From contig JBAYLA010000004.1 of the NCBI GenBank assembly GCA_041664285.1, positions 3,171 through 67,170 of the forward strand: a stretch of 64,000 nt of DNA, in the 5' to 3' direction. Positions 48,557 to 57,629 of this stretch are shown here, one piece after another; position 1 is the first letter of the stretch; the number at the start of each line of letters is the position of its first letter. A model generated the notes under the pieces. It was given only the letters and a program-made list of their open reading frames with translations, was not told the DNA's origin and ran no database searches. This stretch comes from Minisyncoccota bacterium (GTDB lineage: Bacteria > Patescibacteriota > Minisyncoccia > Phycocordibacterales > UBA9973). The translations under genes and the position numbers were made by a program.

Positions 48557-49210
48557 TTACTTCTTCTTCCACTCTTCAATCTTCTTATGATTTCCAGAAA
48601 GTAAAACTTTTGGAACTTTGTAATTTTTGCCCTTATATTTCAAAACTTCCGGACGAGTGTAGACTTCACTACTTGAGACACGCTCTTCTTCTAAAGATTC
48701 ATATTTACCAAGCACCCCAGGAATTTGACGAGAGATAGAATCAATGAGAACCATCGCTGGAAGTTCCCCACCAGTCAGTACATAATCCCCTATTGAAAAC
48801 TTTTTAGTTTTTAGAATTTTATCTATCCGCGCATCTATTCCTTCATATCTTCCACAAATTAAAATAATATCTGTATACTTTTTGGAAAATGTTTTAGCAA
48901 AATTAGTAGTGAATTTTGGAGCACTTGGAATAAAATTAATGATTAGAATTTTTCGGCTCTTGCCCTTCGCGATGCTCAGGACCTTCGCCACTGCCTTTAA
49001 TAGTGGTTCGGCTCGCATCACCATTCCTGGACCTCCGCCGTAAGGTTTGTCATCGACAGGCTTATAATTGTTTTTGGGTGCTTTTATAAAATCTCTTGGA
49101 TTATAAAATTTTACAGAAATAATTTTATTTTTTATTGCTCGGCCAATAATAGATTCATTTAAATATGAATCAAAAATATCAGGAAAAATTGTAATTATAT
49201 GAAAACGCAT
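48557..49210 (-). CDS. trmD: tRNA (guanine37-N1)-methyltransferase TrmD
   Basis: MRFHIITIFPDIF....SPOUT knot motifs (ICGRYEGIDAR, VLTGGELPAMV). Confidence 0.85.
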   Translation of the reverse strand: MRFHIITIFPDIFDSYLNESIIGRAIKNKIISVKFYNPRDFIKAPKNNYKPVDDKPYGGGPGMVMRAEPLLKAVAKVLSIAKGKSRKILIINFIPSAPKFTTNFAKTFSKKYTDIILICGRYEGIDARIDKILKTKKFSIGDYVLTGGELPAMVLIDSISRQIPGVLGKYESLEEERVSSSEVYTRPEVLKYKGKNYKVPKVLLSGNHKKIEEWKKK

Positions 49211-49230
49211 AATAATATATTATAAATAAA

Positions 49231-49255
49231 ATCCCCCTTTCGGGGGATTTTATTT
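49231..49255 (-). terminator. Rho-independent terminator downstream of the KH-domain gene
   Basis: atccccc-tttc-gggggat stem-loop, followed on the minus strand by a T-rich run. Confidence 0.55.
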
Positions 49256-49604
49256 AGATTCCTTTTAGATCTTCCATTGCTTGATCTACGGTCTTCATCG
49301 TTGGAGCAGAATTTACATGCCCCACAGATCCCATAGGTCTTTCTGGTCTAACACTTCCCTCTGGTTCATTGATTTTTAGATTTACGCGAGCATTATTCTT
49401 CATACCAATAATGCGAAGCAGAGTACGAATAGCTTTTGCCGTATTTCCCATTCTTCCGATAATCTTGCCCATATCAGCAGGATTGACGGTTAGGGTTATA
49501 AGGACTCCCATTTCGTCTAAAGTACGATCAATCTTCACATCATTTGGATTGTCGACGAGTGCCTTAACCACGTATTCTAGAAATGTCTTGTCAGCTTCTT
49601 CCAT
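49254..49604 (-). CDS. KH-domain RNA-binding protein (YlqC/UPF0109 family)
   Basis: GKIIGRMGNTAKAIRTLL KH GxxG motif. Conserved position between rpsP and trmD. Confidence 0.7.
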   Translation of the reverse strand: MEEADKTFLEYVVKALVDNPNDVKIDRTLDEMGVLITLTVNPADMGKIIGRMGNTAKAIRTLLRIIGMKNNARVNLKINEPEGSVRPERPMGSVGHVNSAPTMKTVDQAMEDLKGI

Positions 49605-49688
49605 AATGTTTTCAGAATTTATATTTTTAATCTTTTACTAATCTTTGCAGCATAACGACCGAATGACTGCTCCAATAATTATACAAAA

Positions 49689-50009
49689 TTATTTTTTAGC
49701 TTTCAACTCCTTACGCTTAACTGTTGGCTTCTTTTTAGGTAATACGTTTATTTTTTTACCAGAAATGATATTGTCGTGCACTAAAAAATTATGCATTGTC
49801 TCGGAACATTTTGCACCCTTACTCATCCAATATTTGATTCTATCGGCATTCAAATTCTTCTTCGCTCCATCTTCTTTGGCTTTGGGATTATAAGTCCCTA
49901 ATATTTCCAAAAACCTTCCGCTTTTGGTACTATTTTTTGAATCAGTCAAAACAGCCCGAAACGACGGATCATTTTTTCTACCTATTCTCTGAAGTCTTAT
50001 TTTTAACAT
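49689..50009 (-). CDS. rpsP: 30S ribosomal protein S16 with a Lys-rich C-terminal extension
   Basis: MLKIRLQRIGRKNDPSFRAVLTDSKNSTKSGRFLEILGTYNP matches S16. C-terminal about 30 aa basic tail. Confidence 0.85.
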   Translation of the reverse strand: MLKIRLQRIGRKNDPSFRAVLTDSKNSTKSGRFLEILGTYNPKAKEDGAKKNLNADRIKYWMSKGAKCSETMHNFLVHDNIISGKKINVLPKKKPTVKRKELKAKK

Positions 50010-50075
50010 AGGAATAGCTTATCATAAAAACTTTAAAAAGCAATACAATCTATCTTTTTATGTTATATTGATAGA

Positions 50076-52055
50076 GTGAAACACCGAATAAAGAGAAAAA
50101 GAAATAACATAGAAAGCACCGCCCGTAGAGCTGCCGCCGAGGGGTCTAAGGTTAAGGGAATTATATCTATATCTTCCAAAGGAACAGGGTATGTTGCAAC
50201 AGGAGCAGAGAAAGATAAAGGGCAAGATCCTGAGGTTGGTTTTAAACATTTAAATACTGCCCTACATGGAGACTTAGTAGAAATACTATTACACCCCAAA
50301 AGCCAAGGACGGCAAACTGGAGAGGTGCTAAAAATAATCAATCGTGCAAAAACTCGTTTTGCGGGGATATTAGAAATGGACGATAAATTATTTTTTCTCA
50401 AACCAGACGACCTAAAGATGTATACGGATATTTTAATACCGAATGAATTTCTAAATGGGGCTTTAGCAGGTCAAAAAGTTTTTGTGGAAATGGTCTCGTG
50501 GAAAGATTCTCGCAAAGCTCCAGAAGGAAAAGTAATAAAAATTTTAGGAAAACCCGGCAATAACAATACCGAAATGCAGGCAATTGCGATAGAAAAGGGT
50601 TTCGATTCAGAACTTCCAAATAAAGTAGAAGAAGAAGCAAAAAAAATAAAACGAGAAGGAATTAAGGAAAGTGATTATAAAGATCGTCGTGACTTTAGAA
50701 AAACACTAACTTTTACAATTGACCCAATAGACGCAAAAGATTTTGATGACGCTATATCATTTAAAGAACTAGACAATGATCCGGCAGATGGCGGAGTAAG
50801 ATATGAAATAGGTATACACATCGCAGACGTAACACACTATGTCAAAGTTGGCAGTGCATTGGATGAAGAAGCGCGCGAAAGAGGAACTTCCGTTTATTTA
50901 GTAGATAGAACAATCCCAATGCTCCCGGAAATTCTCTCAAATGATTTGTGCAGTCTAGTCCCAAATAAAGATCGACTCACAATGAGTGCAGTTTTTATTG
51001 TTGATAAAAATGCAAAGGTAAAAAGTGAGTGGTTCGGACACACAATCATACATTCACAAAAAAGATTTACCTATGATGAAGCAGAGAAAACAATAAAAAA
51101 CAAAATGGCTCCCTTTTATAAAGAGTTTTCAACTTTAAATGACTTAGCAAGGAAATTAACAAAGAAAAGATTTGAACAAGGAGCAATGTCCCTTGAACAA
51201 GCAGAAGTCAAATTTATACTGGACCCTAATGGAGTGCCAATCAAAGTAATTAAAAAAGAACGGGGCGACTCAGAGAAATTAGTTGAAGAATTTATGCTTT
51301 TAGCGAATAGAAAGGTGGCAGAAGTCCTTTCTAAAAATATTTCTCTCTATCGTATTCATGATTTTCCAAGTAAAGAAAAAATGATTGACTTAGCCTTTTT
51401 CTTAAGAAGTTTAGGACACAAAGTTTCAATCCAAGATGGAGTTATCCCAACTAATGAAATAAATAAATTACTTTTAAGTTTGGCTAATAAAGATACTATG
51501 AGTGATACAGTCAACCGTGCAGTGATACGATCAATGGCTAAAGCAGTTTATTCTACAAAAAATATAGGACATTACGGCTTGGCTTTTGCTTATTATACTC
51601 ATTTTACTTCCCCAATCAGACGCTATCCAGACATCATTGTACACAGGCTTCTTCTTGATTATTTAGCTGGCAAAAAAGTGGAAAAAGAAAAACTGCATGA
51701 ATATGAAAAGATTGCGAGAATTTCATCTGAACAAGAAAAACGTGCATCTGAAGCTGAACGTATGTCTGTAAAATATAAACAGGTAGAATATATGTCTAAG
51801 CGTTTAGGAAAAGTTTTTGAGGGAGTGATAAGTGGTATAAATGAATGGGGTATCTATGTAGAAGAAATAGAAACAAAATGTGAAGGGCTTGTACGAGTAC
51901 GAGAAATGAAGGACGACTTCTATATTTTTAATGAAAAGAAATTAGAATTAATTGGACAAAAAAAGAAAAAAAGATATAGGCTCGGTGATAAATTAAAAAT
52001 AAAAGTAAAAGCAGTTGATTTAGAAAGAAAAACAATTGATTATGTTTTAGTATAA
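50076..52055 (+). CDS. rnr: Ribonuclease R / RNase II-family 3'-5' exoribonuclease
   Basis: Cold-shock/OB N-terminal domains, RNB catalytic domain (...DAKDFDDAISF...HIADVTHYV...), C-terminal S1 domain (GKVFEGVISGINEWGIYVE). Confidence 0.8.
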   Translation: MKHRIKRKRNNIESTARRAAAEGSKVKGIISISSKGTGYVATGAEKDKGQDPEVGFKHLNTALHGDLVEILLHPKSQGRQTGEVLKIINRAKTRFAGILEMDDKLFFLKPDDLKMYTDILIPNEFLNGALAGQKVFVEMVSWKDSRKAPEGKVIKILGKPGNNNTEMQAIAIEKGFDSELPNKVEEEAKKIKREGIKESDYKDRRDFRKTLTFTIDPIDAKDFDDAISFKELDNDPADGGVRYEIGIHIADVTHYVKVGSALDEEARERGTSVYLVDRTIPMLPEILSNDLCSLVPNKDRLTMSAVFIVDKNAKVKSEWFGHTIIHSQKRFTYDEAEKTIKNKMAPFYKEFSTLNDLARKLTKKRFEQGAMSLEQAEVKFILDPNGVPIKVIKKERGDSEKLVEEFMLLANRKVAEVLSKNISLYRIHDFPSKEKMIDLAFFLRSLGHKVSIQDGVIPTNEINKLLLSLANKDTMSDTVNRAVIRSMAKAVYSTKNIGHYGLAFAYYTHFTSPIRRYPDIIVHRLLLDYLAGKKVEKEKLHEYEKIARISSEQEKRASEAERMSVKYKQVEYMSKRLGKVFEGVISGINEWGIYVEEIETKCEGLVRVREMKDDFYIFNEKKLELIGQKKKKRYRLGDKLKIKVKAVDLERKTIDYVLV

Positions 52056-52057
52056 AA

Positions 52058-53986
52058 ATGTCAAAGCCAAAAATAAAATTAATATTTTGGATACTACCTC
52101 CAATAATCCTGGGTATTTTTTTCGCATCGTTTCTTTTTAAGAGTAGTGCTTATCTAAAAATACTACAACCAAAAAATAATACGGCCACCGTCATACAACT
52201 TATCCCACCGGAAACAATTAGTAGCGCAACTAAATCTCAATATTTTTATATCAATAAAGACACCAACGGACAACCAAAAATTTCAGCCAAGGCCTTTTTG
52301 GTCGGAGATTTAAATACTGGAGAAGTAATCCTCTCAAAAAATCAAGATCAGAAATTTCCAATCGCTTCTGTTTCTAAACTTATGACAGCTTTAGTCACAA
52401 AAGAAATATCGACCGAAGAAGACAATACAAAAATCACTAAAACGGCCTTAGCGACAGAAGGTCAAAACGGCGAACTAAAATTAGGAGAAAAAATAAAAAT
52501 CTCTGACCTGCTCTATCCCCTTCTTTTAGAATCAAGTAATGATGCAGCCGAAGCGCTTGCGGAATATTTCGACCGAAATAGTTTTATTTCGAAAATGAAC
52601 CAACAGGCAGAAAAATTACAAATGACTTCAACCTCTTTTGGTGATCCAAGTGGACTCTCTTTTCAAAATCAATCAACTCCTTCCGACCTTTTCAAATTAA
52701 CCGGGTATTTAATCCAACAACAACCAGATTTATTTAAAGTTACAACAAAAAGAAGTTATTCAAATAAAAAACACAACTGGTCAAATATAAGTCAATTTCT
52801 TGGTAAAAATGGTTATTTAGGTGGAAAAAGTGGGTATACAGATCCTGCCAAACAAACAGTTGTGTCTCTTTTCAATCTTCCTCTTGGACAAAACGGCCTT
52901 CGCCCCATCGCCATTACCCTTCTGCAGAGTGAGGACCGTAAAAAAGACGTAGAAACTATTTTAAAATATTTAAATAAAAATATATATTATGGCGGAGAAG
53001 CCGATGCTAATACTAATTGGGTACAAGAAAAAATTGGGATGCCAGATATTAAAGATCCGAATTTCGTGACCCTCACTTTCGCCGGCGACATAATGCTTGA
53101 TCGCGGAGTAGAAAATTCAGTTATCAAAAATTTTAATAATGATTATTCTGCGCTTTTTGAAAAAACATCCATCCTAAAAGAATCTGACATCGTTTTTGCA
53201 AATCTAGAAGGTACTGTCTCCGACAAAGGAGTTGACCAGAAAAATTTATATTCTTTTAGAATGAGCCCAGCTGTTATTCCAGCCTTAAAGGGTGCAGGTA
53301 TTGATATTTTGTCAGTAGCCAATAATCATGTTGGAGATTGGGGAAATAGTGCTTTCGTTGATACCCTAGCAAGATTGAAAGAAAATGAAATTCTTTATAC
53401 TGGCGGAGGAAATACAAAATTGGAATCTGAGACACCGACGATTATTGAAAAATATGGAACAAAAATCGGCTTTCTTGCATTTTCGGATGTAGGGCCAAAC
53501 TGGATGGAAGCAAAAGTTGATAAGGCTGGTTTACTCTTGACCAACAATCCACGTTTTGATGAAATAATTCAAAATGCATCAAAGCAAGTTGATTACTTAA
53601 TAGTTTCATTTCATTTTGGTGATGAATATAAAGCAAAACATAATGCAAGACAAGAATCTCTAGCTCATCGAGCAGTTGATAATGGTGCGAAAATTATCAT
53701 CGGAAGTCATCCACATGTCATAGAAGATACGGAAGTTTACAGCCCAAAAGATTGCACTCAAAGTTCGTGTATGAGTTTTATTGCCTACTCACTCGGCAAT
53801 TTCGTTTTTGATCAATCGTGGAGCAAACCAACCATGCAAGGTATGCTTTTAGAATTAAAATTATTTAAAGATGGTTCGATTGTTGTTAGAAAAGATATAA
53901 CCCAACTAAATTCTGTTTTTCAAATAAGCAATATAACAAAAGGCAAAGAAGAGAGAGTAAAATTTCAGGAAATAAAAACAAATTAA
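52058..53986 (+). CDS. Fusion protein: N-terminal D-alanyl-D-alanine carboxypeptidase (peptidase S11) plus C-terminal CapA/PGA-synthesis-type metallophosphatase domain
   Basis: N-terminal TM; SxxK active site (ASVSKLMTAL), SxN and KTG-like (KSGYT) motifs. Then LTFAGDIMLDRGV...ANLEGTVSDKG...SVANNHVGDWG...SFHFGDEY...GSHPHV is a CapA-like domain. Confidence 0.6.
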   Translation: MSKPKIKLIFWILPPIILGIFFASFLFKSSAYLKILQPKNNTATVIQLIPPETISSATKSQYFYINKDTNGQPKISAKAFLVGDLNTGEVILSKNQDQKFPIASVSKLMTALVTKEISTEEDNTKITKTALATEGQNGELKLGEKIKISDLLYPLLLESSNDAAEALAEYFDRNSFISKMNQQAEKLQMTSTSFGDPSGLSFQNQSTPSDLFKLTGYLIQQQPDLFKVTTKRSYSNKKHNWSNISQFLGKNGYLGGKSGYTDPAKQTVVSLFNLPLGQNGLRPIAITLLQSEDRKKDVETILKYLNKNIYYGGEADANTNWVQEKIGMPDIKDPNFVTLTFAGDIMLDRGVENSVIKNFNNDYSALFEKTSILKESDIVFANLEGTVSDKGVDQKNLYSFRMSPAVIPALKGAGIDILSVANNHVGDWGNSAFVDTLARLKENEILYTGGGNTKLESETPTIIEKYGTKIGFLAFSDVGPNWMEAKVDKAGLLLTNNPRFDEIIQNASKQVDYLIVSFHFGDEYKAKHNARQESLAHRAVDNGAKIIIGSHPHVIEDTEVYSPKDCTQSSCMSFIAYSLGNFVFDQSWSKPTMQGMLLELKLFKDGSIVVRKDITQLNSVFQISNITKGKEERVKFQEIKTN

Positions 53987-54555
53987 TACCCAGCTTCTGT
54001 AAGTAATTTTTTTAATAAATGAATAGGCATACCTGCGACACTGTCTTCTGTTCCTTCAATTTTTTTTACATAAGGCTCTAGAACTGTGTCTTGAATACCA
54101 AACCCACCGGCGCGCGTAAGTGGTTGATTTTTTTTTATGAAATTTTCAATTACAGTATTTGGTATATGTTTAAAAAATATTTTTACCTTATCAACCCCGT
54201 TATATCTTTTACCAGTTCTAGTATTAACCACCACTACTGCACAAATTGATTCAGGTACTCCACCTGTATTATAGTGATCAAAAAATATGCGTGCTTCTTT
54301 TTCATCTATCGGTTTTTCATAAAGTTTCCCTTCGTAAACAACAACTTGATCTAAGGCAATAACAAAAGCTGGTTCTTTTACTCTAGCAACCAAAGCATCA
54401 GCTTTAGCATGAGCTAAAATTAAGGGTCTTTCGTACGGATCATTTGTTTTGATTAATTTCTCATCAATATCAGGCGCTAATACATCAAAAACATATCCTG
54501 CTTTTTCCAGAATATCTTTTCTATATTTTGAAGATGAACCAAGAATCAATTTCAT
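53983..54555 (-). CDS. maf: Maf-like nucleoside triphosphate pyrophosphatase
   Basis: MKLILGSSSKYRKDIL....canonical Maf N-terminus and length (190 aa). Confidence 0.8.
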   Translation of the reverse strand: MKLILGSSSKYRKDILEKAGYVFDVLAPDIDEKLIKTNDPYERPLILAHAKADALVARVKEPAFVIALDQVVVYEGKLYEKPIDEKEARIFFDHYNTGGVPESICAVVVVNTRTGKRYNGVDKVKIFFKHIPNTVIENFIKKNQPLTRAGGFGIQDTVLEPYVKKIEGTEDSVAGMPIHLLKKLLTEAGY

Positions 54556-54562
54556 AAATTAT

Positions 54563-56803
54563 CTACTTTGCAATCTGGGTGGCTTCTTCAAACTTTACAG
54601 AGAGAAGTTTGGAAGCTTCGTCTCTCCCAATAGTAACGCCATAAAGAACCCCAGCCCGGGACATCGTCTCGCGATTATGTGTAACAACAATAAGCTGAGA
54701 ATGTTTTGAAAGTTTTTCTAACATATCTCCATATTTTCTAGAATTTGCTTCGTCTAAGGCTGCATCTGTTTCATCAAGCACTAGGAAAGGTGGTGGATTA
54801 ACTTGCGACATAGCGAAAAGTAAAGCAATAGAAGTAAGTGATCTTTCCCCTCCTGAGAAAGCATGAAGTTCTTTTACTTTTTTATGTGGCAAAGAAACAT
54901 TTATTTCTATTCCTTTTTCAACCACAACCTCTTCCTCTTCTTCTAATTTTTCTTCATCATCTAAATCTTCATCATTAGCTTCAGTATTTTTCCTCTTTTT
55001 GATTTCAACAATAGAAAGTGCCCCATGCCCACCACCAAACATTAATGAAAAAAATTCTTGAAATTCTACATTAATTTTTTTCACACCCTCCTTGAACTCT
55101 ATGTCTATTTTTTCCTTTAAATCTGAAATAAGTTTTTGCAAAGATTCAATACTTCTCTCTAGGTCTTCCATTTCTTTCATTAAAAATTGATCCCTCTCAG
55201 AAACTTCTTTAAATTCTTTCATTATTTCTGCCCCATTGCCAAGTCCTGTGTCTTCTAATTTTATTTTTATACGTTCAATTTTTCTTTTTAAATTTTCTTG
55301 AGTATTTTCTACTTTTTCCTCTTCTATTTCATAATTTTTATAAGACAAAACTTCTTGCCCAATCAAGGCAGCGCCTTCTTTTATCTCATTTTGAAAAGCC
55401 TCTGCTCTTCCTTTCAAATTCTCTTCTTTAATAGCCACCAATTCTAATTGTGATGTCAATTCTTGATGCCTAACTTTAAATTGAAACTTCTCTCGCTCCA
55501 AGTCACGCAAGGCTTCCATTTCTTTATTTATCTCTTGCTTTAATAATTCTATTGATTGAATTATTTCTTTTTCTTTATTTTCAATTCCTTTCATTTCTTC
55601 TAGGATCCCTTCTTCTATTTTCTTCAGTTTTTCTATTTCTAAATTATGATTTGATTCATCTTTGTCACTTGGAGAGAATTTCTTTAAAATATTCTTAATA
55701 CTTTCCAAGACTGGTTTGATTTCCTCTATACTTTCTTTCAAAAAAGCCAATTCAATAGAATTATTTATTTCGCCAATTATATTTTTTATTTCTTCCTGAG
55801 AAATTTCCACAAATAAAGATTTTTGTTCTTTTCTATGCTCCTCCATTTCAACCATTCCCTCTATGCGCCCGAGCTTGCGTTCTATTTCACTTTTAACTCC
55901 TCGAAGAGAATTTAAACTCTCTTCGACTTTTCTAAGTTCTTCTATTTTCTTATTACCCTTGGTGTTATTGTTGTCTTCGGTATTTGAAATTTTACTATCT
56001 ACGACACTTAACTCTTCTTTTAATTTATTTCTTTCAGAAGAAAGGGTTTCTTTTTCTTGTTCTAAATAAACACTCTCTTTTTTAAGATATTCTCGATAAA
56101 GAGTTACTAATTCCACTTGCATCTCTTTTGTTTTTTCAAATTTTTCTACTTGTTTCTTTAAAAAATTAAGGTGCGGAGCATTTTCCCGTCGCAAGAGAAC
56201 AACTTCTTTCATGTTTTCATTTGTTCGTTCTAATTTCCTCTCGGACTCTCTTATTTTATATTGATAAATTCGCAGTCCCAGAGCATCTTCTACCATCTCC
56301 TTTCTATCTCGTGCATTCGCATTTAAAATTCTATCTGCCTCACCTTGAGAAATAATATGATGCCCAGAAGAACCAATGTTAACCGAGGCCAACAAATTAT
56401 GAATATCTTTTAGTCTAACCTCCGTATTGTTTAAAATATATTTATTAAGTCCGTCAGAAAAAACTTCCCGAGAAATTGAGATAACATCATAATTTAAATT
56501 TATATCATCTCCGTTGTCATTCGCTAGTTTAAAAATTTTATCAACATTATTAAAATAAATAGTAACCACTGCGCGTGACCCTTTTGATAAATTTTTTGAT
56601 CCTTTAAAAACAAGATCAGAACCTCCCTTTCCACGCATGGACTTCATAGATTGCTCGCCCAAAACAAAACGAATAGCCTCTACCACATTCGACTTCCCAG
56701 ATCCATTTGGCCCTACAATAGAAACAATCGGGGTATTAAACTCCAAAACAGTTTTTTGAGCAAAAGACTTAAAACCATTGATTTGCAGTGTTTTTAATCG
56801 CAT
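54563..56803 (-). CDS. smc: SMC-like chromosome segregation ATPase, short hinge-less form (746 aa)
   Basis: SMC head N-terminus MRLKTLQINGFKSFAQKTVLEFNTPIVSIVGPNGSGKSNVVEAIRFVLGEQS (Walker A). C-terminal head with LSGGERSLTSIALLFAM (signature), Walker B FLVLDETDAALD and D-loop. The middle is continuous coiled coil with no recognisable hinge domain. Confidence 0.7.
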   Translation of the reverse strand: MRLKTLQINGFKSFAQKTVLEFNTPIVSIVGPNGSGKSNVVEAIRFVLGEQSMKSMRGKGGSDLVFKGSKNLSKGSRAVVTIYFNNVDKIFKLANDNGDDINLNYDVISISREVFSDGLNKYILNNTEVRLKDIHNLLASVNIGSSGHHIISQGEADRILNANARDRKEMVEDALGLRIYQYKIRESERKLERTNENMKEVVLLRRENAPHLNFLKKQVEKFEKTKEMQVELVTLYREYLKKESVYLEQEKETLSSERNKLKEELSVVDSKISNTEDNNNTKGNKKIEELRKVEESLNSLRGVKSEIERKLGRIEGMVEMEEHRKEQKSLFVEISQEEIKNIIGEINNSIELAFLKESIEEIKPVLESIKNILKKFSPSDKDESNHNLEIEKLKKIEEGILEEMKGIENKEKEIIQSIELLKQEINKEMEALRDLEREKFQFKVRHQELTSQLELVAIKEENLKGRAEAFQNEIKEGAALIGQEVLSYKNYEIEEEKVENTQENLKRKIERIKIKLEDTGLGNGAEIMKEFKEVSERDQFLMKEMEDLERSIESLQKLISDLKEKIDIEFKEGVKKINVEFQEFFSLMFGGGHGALSIVEIKKRKNTEANDEDLDDEEKLEEEEEVVVEKGIEINVSLPHKKVKELHAFSGGERSLTSIALLFAMSQVNPPPFLVLDETDAALDEANSRKYGDMLEKLSKHSQLIVVTHNRETMSRAGVLYGVTIGRDEASKLLSVKFEEATQIAK

Positions 56804-56812
56804 TATCTTATT

Positions 56813-57508
56813 TTAATCAACCCAATTTTTTATTTTTAATGCAGCTAAAGCAGCACTCTGTTCCGCTTCTTGCTTGCTTCCCCCTTTACCTTCTGCTATC
56901 AAATCTTTCCCAAAATAAATACCAACAGTAAAATGTTTATCATGATCAGGCCCTGACTGATGTAAAACTTTATACAGAGGGGTAACTAAAACAAATTCTT
57001 GTGCTTTTTCTTGCACCAAGGACTTCGCATCACGCCAAAGTTTTTTGTTTACTATTTCTTCTGTCTTCGGCAAGAGAGTTTGGGTCACAAACTTATCCAC
57101 CACTTCATATCCTTGATCTAAATACATTGCTCCAATAAATGCTTCATAAGTATTGGCTAAAATATATTGCCTGGCTTTACCGAAATCTTTCGCTTCACCT
57201 TTGGATAAAAGTAAATAATCATTCATTCCTAATTTTGAAGCAAGTTCAGAAATAATAACAGCATTAACAAGAGCAGAACGAAGAGCGGTTAACTTTCCTT
57301 CTGGGTAGTTTGGATACTTTTTATAAAGAAAATCTGTGACGATAAGCTCAAGAACCGCATCACCTAAAAATTCCAAACGTTCATTATGAGAAATATCCAC
57401 TTTTGGATTTTCATTAATATAAGAACGGTGCGTAAAAGATTGTTTGAGCAAATTTTTGTCTTTAAAAATTACTTTTATTTTTTTTTCAAACTCTGAAAAT
57501 TGTATCAT
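56813..57508 (-). CDS. rnc: Ribonuclease III
   Basis: RNase III signature ERLEFLGDAVLELIV, a second catalytic Glu region, C-terminal dsRBD. Confidence 0.85.
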   Translation of the reverse strand: MIQFSEFEKKIKVIFKDKNLLKQSFTHRSYINENPKVDISHNERLEFLGDAVLELIVTDFLYKKYPNYPEGKLTALRSALVNAVIISELASKLGMNDYLLLSKGEAKDFGKARQYILANTYEAFIGAMYLDQGYEVVDKFVTQTLLPKTEEIVNKKLWRDAKSLVQEKAQEFVLVTPLYKVLHQSGPDHDKHFTVGIYFGKDLIAEGKGGSKQEAEQSAALAALKIKNWVD

Positions 57509-57549
57509 ACCAAATTTATATGAATATTAATGAATAATAAATTTGCGTA

Positions 57550-57602
57550 CCCTGTTAGATTTTGCCTACGGCAAAACCTCGCAAAGCGAGGATTTAACAG
57601 GG
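57550..57602 (-). ncRNA. Structured RNA element (three-way junction) in the rnc 5' leader; candidate RNase III autoregulatory substrate or attenuator
   Basis: P1 ccctgtta/taacaggg (8 bp) encloses two adjacent hairpins: ttttgcc-tac-ggcaaaa (7 bp) and cctcgc-aaa-gcgagg (6 bp). 53 nt, GC-rich relative to surroundings, 42 nt upstream of the rnc start. Confidence 0.45.
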
Positions 57603-57629
57603 TTTCTAAAAATGTATTCGCTTTGCTCA

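Noticed and set aside
50010-50075. Divergent promoter between rpsP (-) and rnr (+)
   Set aside because: AT-rich with several TATA-like hexamers. I could not pin -35/-10 pairs confidently by eye, so no promoter feature is called.
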